Shown: positions 22,736 through 32,103 of the stretch, piece after piece
Layout of the letters: each line of letters starts with the position of its first letter
How positions within the stretch are numbered: position 1 is the first letter of the stretch
NCBI GenBank assembly: GCA_963773285.1
Contig: CAVZAM010000013.1
Location: 3,393 to 67,392, forward strand
Origin: an uncultured delta proteobacterium
Lineage (GTDB): Bacteria > Desulfobacterota > Desulfobaccia > Desulfobaccales > 0-14-0-80-60-11
Direction: 5' to 3'
DNA length: 64,000 nucleotides
Notes under the pieces: generated by a model
Seen by the model: the letters and a program-made list of their open reading frames with translations, nothing else
Told to the model about the DNA's origin: nothing
The model's database searches: none
Translations under genes and position numbers: made by a program

Positions 22736-24481
22736 TCACTCCCGGAACAGGGATTTCTGGTAGTAGTCCCTGATGACCTGGTTGAGGTAGGCGTCCAGGT
22801 TGTCGATGGCCTCCCGGGTAAGGAGGAAGCTGTCCTGGGAGGTGCGGTCCCGCACCAGTTTCAAGGCGTGTTCCAGGTCCTCGGCCAGGTTCTGGCAGAC
22901 GCTCAGGGCCGGCACTTCCCGATCGAGGGCCTCCTCTAAAATCCCGTCCACCGCGTCGTCCTCGAAATGCAGGGTCAGGTCGTGGTCCTCCTGGAAGCGC
23001 TCCTCGAACTGCCGCACCTGCTGGTGCAGGTTGCCCATGGCCGTAAGCGCCGCCTTGAGGTCGCCGTCAAAATGAAAATAAAGGCTCACCAGCATCTCCA
23101 CCCGGGTCTCGGTGAGGGGGAGTTGGTGCTGGATGAGGATTTCCTGTTGCCGGCGCCAGATCGATTCCCGCAGGAGTTCCTGTTCCTTGCGGCCTGCCTG
23201 TGCATAGCGTTCCCGACGGGCGGGGTCGCCGGGATTGGCCAGGAGCCGGTCCAGCTCTTCCTGGGGTTGGGTCACCATCTCGGGGGTCACCACCAGTTCC
23301 CGGATGTCCGTGGACGGCAGGCGTTTCTCGAACTGGATCAGCACCCGCTCGATGACGCTCACCAACCCCCGGGCCCCGGTGCGCTCCTGGGCGCCCCGCT
23401 CGGCCACCAGGCGCAGGGCTTCGTCCTCAAACTTGATGTCGATGCCGTAGGCCGCGAAGTCCCGCCGCTTGCTGGTGATGATGGGGTTGTTGGGATTGAG
23501 CAGAATCTCGTAGAGATCGTCGGCGCTGAGTTCCTGGAGCACGGCGATGACCGGCAGCCTTCCTACGAACTCCGACTCGAAGCCATACTTGATCAGGTCT
23601 TCGGCGGTCACCTTGGAGAACAGCTGCTTCTCCTCTTCTTTGGTGGTCACCTTGGCCCCGAAGCCGATCTCCTGCTTGCTCAGGCGCTCCCGGATAATCT
23701 TCTCCAGGCCGGTGAAGGCCCCGCTGACGATGAACAGGATGTGCCGGGTGTTTAAGGTGCGCTTCTCTTTCTTGCCGGTGCGGCGGTACTGCTCGATGGC
23801 CTGGATCTGGGAAACCGGGTCGTGGGCCACCTTGAGGTCCACGTCCGTTTCTTCCATGGGCTTGAGCAAGGCCCGCTGCACCCCGGTGCGGGAGACATCC
23901 GGGCCCCAGACGCTCCCGGAGGAGGCGATCTTGTCGATTTCGTCGATGTAGATGATGCCGTACTGGGCCAGCTCCAGGTCGTCGTCGGCGGCGTACACCA
24001 GGTCCCGCACCAGGTCTTCCACGTCCCCGCCCACGTAGCCCGTCTCGCTGAACTTGGTGGCGTCGCCCTTCACAAATGGGGCGCCGAGTTTGTTGGCGAT
24101 GAGCTTGATGAGGTAGGTCTTCCCCACCCCCGTGGGACCGATGAGGATGATGTTATTCTTGATGGCCCCCACCCCGGGTTCGGGTTCCCGCCCTTTCTCC
24201 AGGTAGTGGCGGATGCGGTTGAAGTGGGTGCAGACCTTGGTGGCGAGGATGCTCTTGGCGTCTTCCTGCTTGATGACGTACTCGCTGAGGTAGGCCTCCA
24301 GCTCTTCGGGCTTCAGGTCGAAGTTGATCCGGTCGAGCGTCTCGGCGCCTTTGCCCCCGGCGCCGGCCTCGGCCTTGGCCACCCAATACGGCGACGTCAC
24401 CTGAATACGGCTGCCGTATTTCTTGGTGAGATAATCGCTGATTTCTTTTTCCAGCTCTTTTTGGCCGGGTATCTTGTCCAT
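22736..24481 (-). CDS. ClpX/HslU-like AAA+ ATPase without an N-terminal zinc finger, with a ~200-aa C-terminal extension
   Basis: Walker A GPTGVGKTY, GIIYIDEIDK Walker B, and ClpX-like FIVSGAF, RLPVIAVLQELS and GARGL. No C4 zinc-binding N-domain. Confidence 0.75.
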   Translation of the reverse strand: MDKIPGQKELEKEISDYLTKKYGSRIQVTSPYWVAKAEAGAGGKGAETLDRINFDLKPEELEAYLSEYVIKQEDAKSILATKVCTHFNRIRHYLEKGREPEPGVGAIKNNIILIGPTGVGKTYLIKLIANKLGAPFVKGDATKFSETGYVGGDVEDLVRDLVYAADDDLELAQYGIIYIDEIDKIASSGSVWGPDVSRTGVQRALLKPMEETDVDLKVAHDPVSQIQAIEQYRRTGKKEKRTLNTRHILFIVSGAFTGLEKIIRERLSKQEIGFGAKVTTKEEEKQLFSKVTAEDLIKYGFESEFVGRLPVIAVLQELSADDLYEILLNPNNPIITSKRRDFAAYGIDIKFEDEALRLVAERGAQERTGARGLVSVIERVLIQFEKRLPSTDIRELVVTPEMVTQPQEELDRLLANPGDPARRERYAQAGRKEQELLRESIWRRQQEILIQHQLPLTETRVEMLVSLYFHFDGDLKAALTAMGNLHQQVRQFEERFQEDHDLTLHFEDDAVDGILEEALDREVPALSVCQNLAEDLEHALKLVRDRTSQDSFLLTREAIDNLDAYLNQVIRDYYQKSLFRE

Positions 24482-24701
24482 GTCTTAAGAGTCTGCCGGG
24501 TCAGGGAAAATGCCGGCGTTTCCCTTAGTATAGCCACTCTGCCCCGGCCCCGCAAGGCGCCCGAGCCATAGCCCCCTTGACGATTATCTCGAACTCGTTT
24601 ATTTTGATGCACACCTGATCCGGCCCGAATTTGTCAGCAACTGACCCCGGACGATGGGGCCGGCAGGTTTGGGATTATCCGAATATTTTACCCGACCAAT
24701 C

Positions 24702-25311
24702 ATGAACGCCTCCTTTATCGATCAATTGTCCCAGGCCCGTCCCGACCCCGGTGGCGGGGCGGCAGCCGCCTACAGCGCCGGTGTGGGGCTGGCCCTGCTC
24801 ACCAAGATCATCCGGTTGGAAAAATCCCGCCCCTATAACGATGCCTCCCAGGGGAAATTCTGGGCGGAGCAGTTGGCGGAAACCCGCCGCCTCACCCGGA
24901 TTTTCCAGCACCTGCGCCAGGTGGACGTGGAGGCTTATCTCACCATGTCACAGGCCTTGGCGGTCCGGCAGCAGGGGGCCAACCTGCAGCGGGCGGTGGA
25001 GGAAGCCACCCGCTGTCCCTGGCAGATCATGGAGCAGGCCCTGGTGGCCCTGGGACCTGGTGGCGGCCGCCGGGGCCCAATGCCGGCGCCATCTCCTCTC
25101 GGACCTGCTGGTGGCCACCGAGCTTCTGGGGGGCGCCCTCCAGGGGGCCTATCACATCGCCGCGGCCAACCTCTCCCTGATCAAGGCGGCCAACCGGCGC
25201 CAGGAGTGGTCCGGCCGTCTGTCCCAAGCCTCGCACCAGGGCCTGGAGGCCACCCTCCGGGTGCGCAGCCAGCTGGTGGCCAAGGTCCACGCCGCGCTTA
25301 ACGGTAAATGA
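24702..25311 (+). CDS. Cyclodeaminase/cyclohydrolase (FTCD_C) family protein, one apparent frameshift near 25060
   Basis: MNASFIDQLSQARPDPGGGAAAAYSAGVGLALL is the FTCD_C hallmark. The C-terminal part LLVATELLGGALQGAYHIAAANLSLI continues in a second frame. Confidence 0.7.
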
Positions 25312-26082
25312 TCATCGCCGCGGACAACCTCACCGGGGCCAACCCGGTGGTGGCTCAGGCCTTAAGAGACCTCGATCCCGCGCCCATCCAGGACCTGGCC
25401 CGGCGCAGTGCCGCGGCCGGGGCCCACGTCCTGGACCTGAACCCCGGCTACCTCTCCCGGCGCCTGGAGGACCGCATGGCCTTTATGGTTACGGCCGTGC
25501 AGGAGGTGACCACCCTTCCCCTCATCCTTGATTCCCCCAACCCCCGGGTGCTGGCCGGCGGGCTCGCGGTCTCACGGGACAAACCCATCCTGAACGCCGT
25601 CACCCTGGAAAAAAACAAGCTTGACGAGATTCTCCCCCTGGCCGCGGCGCACCAGACCCGGGTGGTGCTGCTGCTCATCGACGAAAAATCCCACCCCCCG
25701 CCCACTCTCGAAGGCAAGGTGGCCCTGGCCGTGGAACTGCGGGAGCGGGCCCTGGCCGCCGGCCTCACCGATGAGCAGCTCATCTTCGATCCGGTGCTCC
25801 CCAACTTAAGGTGGCCGGATGCCTGGCCCCAGACCGGCGCGGCCTTCAAAACCGTGGGCTACCTGGCCTCGGGCTCGCTCCTGGGCGTCCCGGTGAGCAC
25901 CATGGCGGGGCTTTCCAACCTGCGCAGCGGCCTGCGGCGGAGTCTACCCGGTCGGGTTGGAGATCACCGTTCTGGCGCTATTGGCCGGCGCGGGTCTCAG
26001 CCTGGCCCTGGTGGACGTCCTCAACCCGGCCCTGCGGGAACAGGTGCAGCTTATGGCGCAGATCGTAGGGTCAACATCTTGA
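25308..26082 (+). CDS. Pterin-binding (dihydropteroate synthase / methyl-THF methyltransferase-like) domain protein, frameshift near 25945
   Basis: Start ATG overlaps the upstream TGA (ATGA). IIAADNLTGANP, HVLDLNPG, LILDSPNP, NAVTLEK and LIFDPVL resemble the MeTr/AcsE-type TIM barrel. The end ...VLALLAGAGLSLALVDVLNP...QIVGSTS* is in another frame. Confidence 0.55.
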
Positions 26083-26230
26083 GATTTGACTAAATTCAGC
26101 GGTTTTTTTTGATATACTAATTTGTCGCAGATCTTATCCTTCGGTCGCCCTGAACGAAGGTAAGATGCAGGCTGGCAAGTCGGGCCTATAGCCCCGCCTC
26201 ATCAATCCCCTTCGCGGGTTGGGAGGGGGG

Positions 26231-26286
26231 CTTGGGGGGAGGGCAGGGACCTCAGATCCCTGGCCCTATCCCCAAGATACCGTTTT
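26231..26286. repeat. G-run palindromic repeat, type 2 (full palindrome)
   Basis: CTTGGGGGGAGGGCAGGGACCTCAGATCCCTGGCCCTATCCCCAAGATACCGTTTT. Its reverse complement matches 7601-7638. Confidence 0.75.
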
Positions 26287-27996
26287 TCAAAGGGTTCAAA
26301 GGAGCCGTTATCAACCGGCCGCTTGGCAATCTCACCGGACTGAAGCACCAGCAGACCCAGCGGCTGGAGCGCCTTTACCGCCGCAAGGTGCCCCCCCATG
26401 AACTGGTCACCCCGGAGTTGGCCCGCCAGCTGGCCGAAATCTCCCGGGAACTGCACCGCCAGGTGGGGATCCTGGTGAACCGGGCCGGGGTGGTGACCCA
26501 CGTCATCGTGGGGGACGCCAAGGGTCTGCTCATCCCCTACCTCCCCCGGGAGCGCGGCGCCAAGGGCCGCCTCAAGGGCCTGCGCCTCATCCACACCCAC
26601 CTGGACGCCAGCCCCCTGTCCCAGGACGACCTCATGGACCTGGCGCTTCTGCGCCTGGACGCGGTGGCAGCCCTCACCGTAAACCCCCAGGGCCTGCCGG
26701 GGGCCGTGCACCTGGCTCACCTCCTGCCCCACGCCGAAGATGGCAGCAACTGGGCCATCATCACCGCCGACCACCTGGCCCACCTTGACCTGCATTTCAC
26801 CCAGCTGGTGGAGTCCCTGGAAGAAGAGCTGGCCCGCCGGGAGAGCGGCCGGGGTGCTTCGGGGCGGGAACGGGCCATCCTGGTGGGTTCCACAGCCGCA
26901 GCCGCCCGGACGCCGAGGACTCCATGGCCGAACTCGCCGAACTGGCGGAGCTCCGCCGGGCTCACGGTGGCCGCCACCGTCATCCAGCACCGCCAAAGGG
27001 TGGACACCCGTTTGCTCATGGGCAAGGGCCGCCTCGCCGAACTGGTCATCCAGGCCCTGCAGCTCGACTCCGACCTCCTGGTGTTCGACGCCGAGCTCAC
27101 CCCGGCCCAGGTGCGCTCCATCACCGACTTCACGGAACTGCGGGTCATCGACCGCACCCAGCTCATTTTGGACCTCTTCGCCCAGCGGGCCCGGAGCCGG
27201 GAAGGGAAACTCCAGGTGGAGATGGCCCAGGTTAAGTACCTGCTGCCGCGCCTCAGGGGCCGGGACGACGCCCTGTCCCGCCTCACCGGGGGCATCGGGG
27301 GCCGGGGTCCGGGTGAAACCAGACTGGAGATCGACCGCCGCCGCCTGCAGGAGCGCCTCCACCGCCTCAACCGGGACCTGGAGAAGGTGCGGGCCGAACG
27401 CAAGGTGAGAAGGGAAGGGCGCAAACGCCACCAGCTCCCCATCCTGTCTATCATCGGCTACACCAACGCCGGCAAATCCACCCTGTTTAACGCCCTGACC
27501 CACGCCAGCGTCCTGGCCGAGGACCGCCTCTTTGCGACCTTGGACCCCACCAGCCGCCGCCTGCGCTTCCCCAAAGAACGGGAGGTGCTCATCACCGACA
27601 CGGTGGGCTTCATCCAGGATCTCCCCAAAAATCTCCTGGAGGCCTTCAAGGCGACCCTGGAGGAGCTGGAGGAAGCCGACCTCCTCATCCACGTCATCGA
27701 CCTCGGCAACCCCCGCTTCCCGGAGCAGATGGCCGCGGTGGAGAATATTCTGGCCTCCCTTAACCTCATGGACAAACCAGTCCTCCATGTCTTCAATAAA
27801 ATGGACCTGGTGCCCCCGGAACTGGCCGCCCTGCAAGTCCGCATCCACCAGGGCGTGGCCATCTCGGCCCTGGACGAGACGACCCTGCCGACCCTCATTG
27901 CCCGCCTTGCAAGAAAGGGTGGAGGAATTGCCGGTGCCGTCGAAAACGTCATTGCCTGCTGTAACGCATGCTCCGGAAGGCCTGCAGGGGGATTGA
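26232..27996 (+). CDS. hflX: GTPase HflX (several apparent frameshifts; start uncertain)
   Basis: GNLTGLK...LERLYRR N-extension, the HflX N-domain (KGRLAELV...[12 protein letters not shown]...[23 protein letters not shown]), G1 [15 protein letters not shown]3 DTVGF and G4 NKMD. Frames switch near 26890, 26950 and 27905. Confidence 0.88.
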
Positions 27997-28077
27997 GCTT
28001 TGTGGGGATGGGCCAGGGAGTAAACAGGCGTAACCCCGCGGTCCTGCTTTTCCCTTCAATTCTATACTCTTTCAAGC

Positions 28078-28587
28078 TCAAGGAAAAAGGCGCAGGGTTC
28101 CCGAGGCGCCGACGGGATCGCAGACCAGCCAGATTTCCTCGAAGGCGTGGTCCCGGGGCACAATGATTGCGGCGCGGTAGGTTTCAAAATCCCCTTTCAT
28201 CCAGAGGGGATAGGTGTTGCGGATCACCAGCCAGGTTCGGTCGCCGTACTGGTGTTTGGCCTTGTACTCCAGGATGCGGTTCAGCTCATGGGGCAGCCGG
28301 TGATGCATGGCCGCCGGCGGTGCCTCCACCCCGAGACTCCCCTCCAGGTCCTCCCCGTTGTTCAGCTTGCCCAGCACCTTTTTGGCGTCGTGGTTGTTGC
28401 CGCACAGGTGGGTGACCTCGATGCCGATCTGTTTACCGTCAAGGAGGCAATAAGTATCCGGGTTCGGCGGTTCGGAGAATTCCTTGAAGACGAGCCACCG
28501 ATGGTGATGCTTGCGCTGGTCCCGGATGAAGTAGAGGACGGCGTAAAATTCCAGCTGCTTTTTTTGGGTGAGCTCCTTGATATTCAT
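28078..28587 (-). CDS. Hypothetical protein (possible PD-(D/E)xK-like fold)
   Basis: Clean 169-aa ORF. The LLDGKQIGIEVTH segment loosely resembles a nuclease D...E-x-K core, but the Lys is missing. No confident family. Confidence 0.45.
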   Translation of the reverse strand: MNIKELTQKKQLEFYAVLYFIRDQRKHHHRWLVFKEFSEPPNPDTYCLLDGKQIGIEVTHLCGNNHDAKKVLGKLNNGEDLEGSLGVEAPPAAMHHRLPHELNRILEYKAKHQYGDRTWLVIRNTYPLWMKGDFETYRAAIIVPRDHAFEEIWLVCDPVGASGTLRLFP

Positions 28588-28654
28588 GGAAGGCTCATTC
28601 CTCTTGAAGGTTAAAAGCCGGGCTGGTTTTGGAAGTGTATGAGTGGGACTCCCT

Positions 28655-29580
28655 TCAAGCCTGCCAGAGCACCTGGCGAAACTGTGAACCCGGGCTGCCG
28701 GACTGCCAGAGGGCCCAGCCGCAGCCCCGGGGGCCGAGCCCCGGACGCAGCTCCCGGGGGGTGCCGGTCAGGGGCGACGGCAAGGGCCAGGACGTGGCCG
28801 GCAGGGCCAGGTGAGGAGGTTTGCGGTTGGCGGTTTTCAGTTCTCGGCAAAGCCGGTCATCGGGGGCCGGGATATTAAGAGTATTTCCGACTGGTCCCAT
28901 CGCCGTGGTGGACATGGCCGTGGACATACGTAACGTTATGGAAGTCGGCCAGGCGGTCTAACCAAGGGCCGCTGTCCCTGGTCCACTGGCCCCAGGCGCG
29001 GTAGATGGGGGCCAGGGGGGCGTGGGACAGCACGATCAGCGGGGCGGCGGGGTCCAGCCGGGGCAGCATCTCAGCCAGCCAGCGCTGCTGGGGCCCCCCC
29101 AGGACAAACCCCGGGCCGTGAGCGTTCATACTGCCAGGCAGTGTCCAGGCCGAGGAGATTAAACCCCTGGCAGGTGTAAAAAAAACGGCCGCCCCGGAAT
29201 AGTTGCCGGCTGGCGGCGCCTCGAAGATCGCCGTCGCCTTCGCCCCGCACCGCCAGGAGCGGCATGGGCAGCTCCGCAAGAATCTCACGTCCCAGGGCCA
29301 GGGCCTTGGGGTCGCCGTCGTGGGCCAGGTCTCCGGCAAAGAGCACCAGGTCTGGCGCGGGCTTAAGAGCCTTGATCTCCGCCACCGCCCGGGCCAAGGA
29401 ACGGGCTTCGAGTCGCTGGTCGCTCCCGTCCCTCAGGTGGGCGTCGGCCAGGCAAGCGATTACCAGGGCTGGGTGGGCGGCGGGTTCACCTGAAACGGCC
29501 AAGGCCTCCGGCCAGCATTTGTATGCCCAGCCTGCCGCCATCCCGGCAGCCAACATTTTTAGAAAGTCTCGCCGGTACAT
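28655..29580 (-). CDS. Tat-signal metallophosphoesterase (calcineurin-like), apparent frameshifts
   Basis: MYRRDFLKMLAAG twin-arginine-like leader, then ACLADAHL, FAGDLAHDG, VLSHAPL and YVHGHVH phosphoesterase motifs spread over at least three frames. Confidence 0.65.
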
Positions 29581-29667
29581 GCTCTGTTACCTGGGTGCGA
29601 CTGCCTTTATGGCGTAGGCAGCATCCTCACCTGAATTTCTTGGGATAATGATCAGCCGGCAGCCTCA

Positions 29668-30375
29668 TTATGGCTCGAATTTCCAGAAGGGCCGCGTTTT
29701 GGCCAGTTCGGCTATTTCTGCTAGAAATTCCCCGAGATACTCCTTGCTGCGGGAAACATAATCCGGGTCCAGGCGCTTCCTGAAAAAATTCCCGGAGAAT
29801 ACCTTCGCCAGGTTTGCCAGGGGCAGGATGCCCTCCCCGGTGGCGGGATCAAAGCGAGCCCAGTTCCGGATGTGCTCTTCCGACCGGAAGAGATTCATGG
29901 TGCTTCAGGCCTGTGGCAGCCGTTCCAGCCATCGGGAAAACGGGGTGGCCACATAGGCGGTGACGCTGTCCGGAGTGGTCGTGGTGATCCTCCCATCCTG
30001 CATCTCCACCTTAAGCGGGGTGCCACAATCGAGACAAGGAGCAGTGATCTGCACCGGTTTACCGGGAAAAAGCCAGCAAACTGCCAGCGCCTCGAAGCCG
30101 CATTGGGCGAACCATTTCTGTTCACCCGCCACCGTGATGCGGTACTGGGTGGGGAGGTTGCTGAAGGGCGCAAAGCTGCTGATATAGTCCGTATCCGGAA
30201 ACAGCCAGGTCCCTATCACCCCGGCGGCCATCAGTTCATGCAGAGCGCTGCGGCCCTGTTCCACCGGGACCCCCAAGGCCGAGGCAATCTCGGTGTAGTG
30301 GGGCGCCTGACCGGTTTTCACCAAACTGGTGATGATTATGTGGTAGGTCTTGTCCAGGAGAGTTGGGGAACCCAT
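29668..30375 (-). CDS. MerB (organomercurial lyase)-like protein with an in-frame TGA (candidate selenocysteine) at 29905-29907
   Basis: ORFs 30375..29905 and 29898..29668 share one frame and are separated only by TGA AGC ACC. The joined protein is collinear with MerB (FAQCGFEAL vs AWCALD; APCLDCGTPLKVEM vs SHCAATGAPVSLTV; LPQA-TGA-STMNLFRSEEHIRNW vs QSFCC-HVHFFASVPTAEDW). Confidence 0.55.
29875..29892 (-). promoter_or_regulatory. SECIS-like stem-loop downstream of the in-frame UGA
   Basis: CUCUUCC-GGUC-GGAAGAG is a perfect 7-bp stem with a GU-containing tetraloop. It starts 12 nt after the UGA. AUG/CAU can extend the lower stem across an internal loop. Confidence 0.45.
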
Positions 30376-30436
30376 GATGAAGTCCTCCTCTTGAAGAAGA
30401 TGCGGCCTTTATCGGCTCGGCCGGCATTTCGTGGTA

Positions 30437-30546
30437 AACACAGGCTAAAAGCCTGTGCTCCGGTTTAGGGGATTGGGAGGGGATGGGTGGGGGAGAGGGG
30501 AGGGAGCCATTACCCCTTAGCCCCCTCCCCCACAATCACAAATCCT
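30437..30546. repeat. Composite repeat: CACAGGC hairpin module plus type 1 G-run palindrome
   Basis: ACACAGGCTAAAAGCCTGTGCTCC, then GGTTTAGGGGATTGGGAGGGGATGGGTGGGGGAGAGGGGAGGGAGCCATTACCCCTTAGCCCCCTCCCCCACAATCACAAATCC. Confidence 0.8.
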
Positions 30547-31130
30547 CATAACACCCCCTTGGTGGACGGGGCGCCCTGGGCCCGGGGCTCTGGCTGGGTG
30601 GCCCGGTCAAAGGCCCGGCCCATGGCCTTGAAGACGGCCTCCATGATGTGGTGGGTGTTCTCCCCGTAGGGCACCTCGATGTGCATGGTGATACCGCCGT
30701 GGACGGCCACGGCCCGCCAGAACTCCTTCAGCAGTTGGGGGTCCAGGGCCGCGGAGACCGGGGCGAAGCGCACGTTGAAATGGAGGAACGGCCGGTTGGA
30801 GAAGTCGAGGGTTGCCTGGGCCAGGGTCTCGTCCATGGGCACCCGGGCCTCGCCGTAGCGCCGCACCCCGGCCTTCTTCCCCAGGGCCTGCTTAAAGGCC
30901 TGCCCCAGGCAGATGCCGACGTCCTCCACGGTGTGGTGCTGGTCGACTTCGAGGTCGCCCTTGGCCTTGACGGCCAGGTCGAAATACCCGTGCGCGGCAA
31001 AGAGGTGCAGCATGTGGTCGAGGAAGGGAATGCCGGTGTCAAGACTCACCTGGCCCGAGCCATCAAGGTTCAGTTCCACCTCCACGTCAGTTTCCCTGGT
31101 TTTCCGGGTCACTAGGGCTTGGCGGGGCAT
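30546..31130 (-). CDS. hisB: Imidazoleglycerol-phosphate dehydratase
   Basis: MPRQALVTRKTRETDVEVELNLDG, IPFLDHMLH, DQHHTVEDVGI and GENTHHIMEAVFKA. Confidence 0.95.
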   Translation of the reverse strand: MPRQALVTRKTRETDVEVELNLDGSGQVSLDTGIPFLDHMLHLFAAHGYFDLAVKAKGDLEVDQHHTVEDVGICLGQAFKQALGKKAGVRRYGEARVPMDETLAQATLDFSNRPFLHFNVRFAPVSAALDPQLLKEFWRAVAVHGGITMHIEVPYGENTHHIMEAVFKAMGRAFDRATQPEPRAQGAPSTKGVL

Positions 31131-31371
31131 GGACGGGCCTCCCTCGGCAGGTGATTTCCGCCTATTATATACCACTTCGGGTCCCGGGTAAAAGGCCAAT
31201 ATGGAGGGCGTCTCCCGGGGGCGGGGGCAGGGGGAAAATTTCCCCCGTGTCGCCGGAACTGCTTTGTGCTACAATGGGAGGTAGCGAAGGCCGGGCTGGG
31301 AAGCGGCATCTTCGGTTTCCCACCGACCGGTTTTCTCTCACACCACCTGCCTTACTTCCGGGACGAATTTC

Positions 31372-32103
31372 ATGGCCTTATCCGATCAAAAACTTTTTTC
31401 GTACCCCCTCCTGGTCTCCTTGTTCGTGGCCCTCCTGGCGGCGGCCGCGGCGGTGGCCTCCCCGGCCCAGGCCCAGCCCAAGGCGGAGCTTGCCGAAACC
31501 ACCCACGACTTCGGTCCGGTGCGGGAGGACATGTCGCTTACCCACGCCTTTGCGGTGAAAAACACCGGCAACGCCAACCTGCAGATCATGGACGTGGACC
31601 CCGACTGCGCCTGCACCGTGGCCAACTACGACAAGGTCATCCCCCCCGGCGGCACGGGCAACATCAACCTGGAAATCAAGCCCTTCTCCGTGGTGCATGC
31701 CTTCAAGAAGAAGACCGCGGTCAAGTTCAACGACCCCAATCAGGGCGGGACGACGCTGGTGTTAACCGGCAACGCCTCGAAAAGCATCGAGATCGAGCCC
31801 AGCCACATCGTCCGTTTCCGGGGGAGCCCCAGTGACACGCTCACGGCCCAGGTGCGGTTGGTTTCCAACCTGACCTTCCCTCTGGAGATCACCCGGATGG
31901 AGAATTCCCTGCCGGATAAAGTCGAGGCGACCCTGAAAACCGAAAGGCCGGGCAAGGTCTATGTGGTGGAAGTGAAAAACAAGAGCCGGGATGCGGAACA
32001 CTACGTGGATACGATCGAGCTGTTCACCAATGTCGTGCACAAACCCAAGATCGTTATGCGGGTCATTGCCGATCTTGATTCGGGCCCGCCGGTAAGGCCG
32101 TAA
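31372..32103 (+). CDS. DUF1573 domain-containing secreted protein
   Basis: Signal peptide (LLVSLFVALLAAAAAVASPAQA), then HDFGPVREDMSLTHAFAVKNTGNANLQI, typical of DUF1573. Confidence 0.7.
   Translation: MALSDQKLFSYPLLVSLFVALLAAAAAVASPAQAQPKAELAETTHDFGPVREDMSLTHAFAVKNTGNANLQIMDVDPDCACTVANYDKVIPPGGTGNINLEIKPFSVVHAFKKKTAVKFNDPNQGGTTLVLTGNASKSIEIEPSHIVRFRGSPSDTLTAQVRLVSNLTFPLEITRMENSLPDKVEATLKTERPGKVYVVEVKNKSRDAEHYVDTIELFTNVVHKPKIVMRVIADLDSGPPVRP

Noticed and set aside
26202-27848. 548-aa ORF on the minus strand
   Set aside because: It is fully antisense to hflX and has a low-complexity G/A/V/P/Q-rich composition with no motifs. This is a typical shadow ORF of a high-GC gene. The same applies to 5972-6763, 8391-9155, 12630-13811/16841-18001, 21471-22496, 33547-34389, 34823-35809, 37107-38120, 38560-39252 and 52583-53560.
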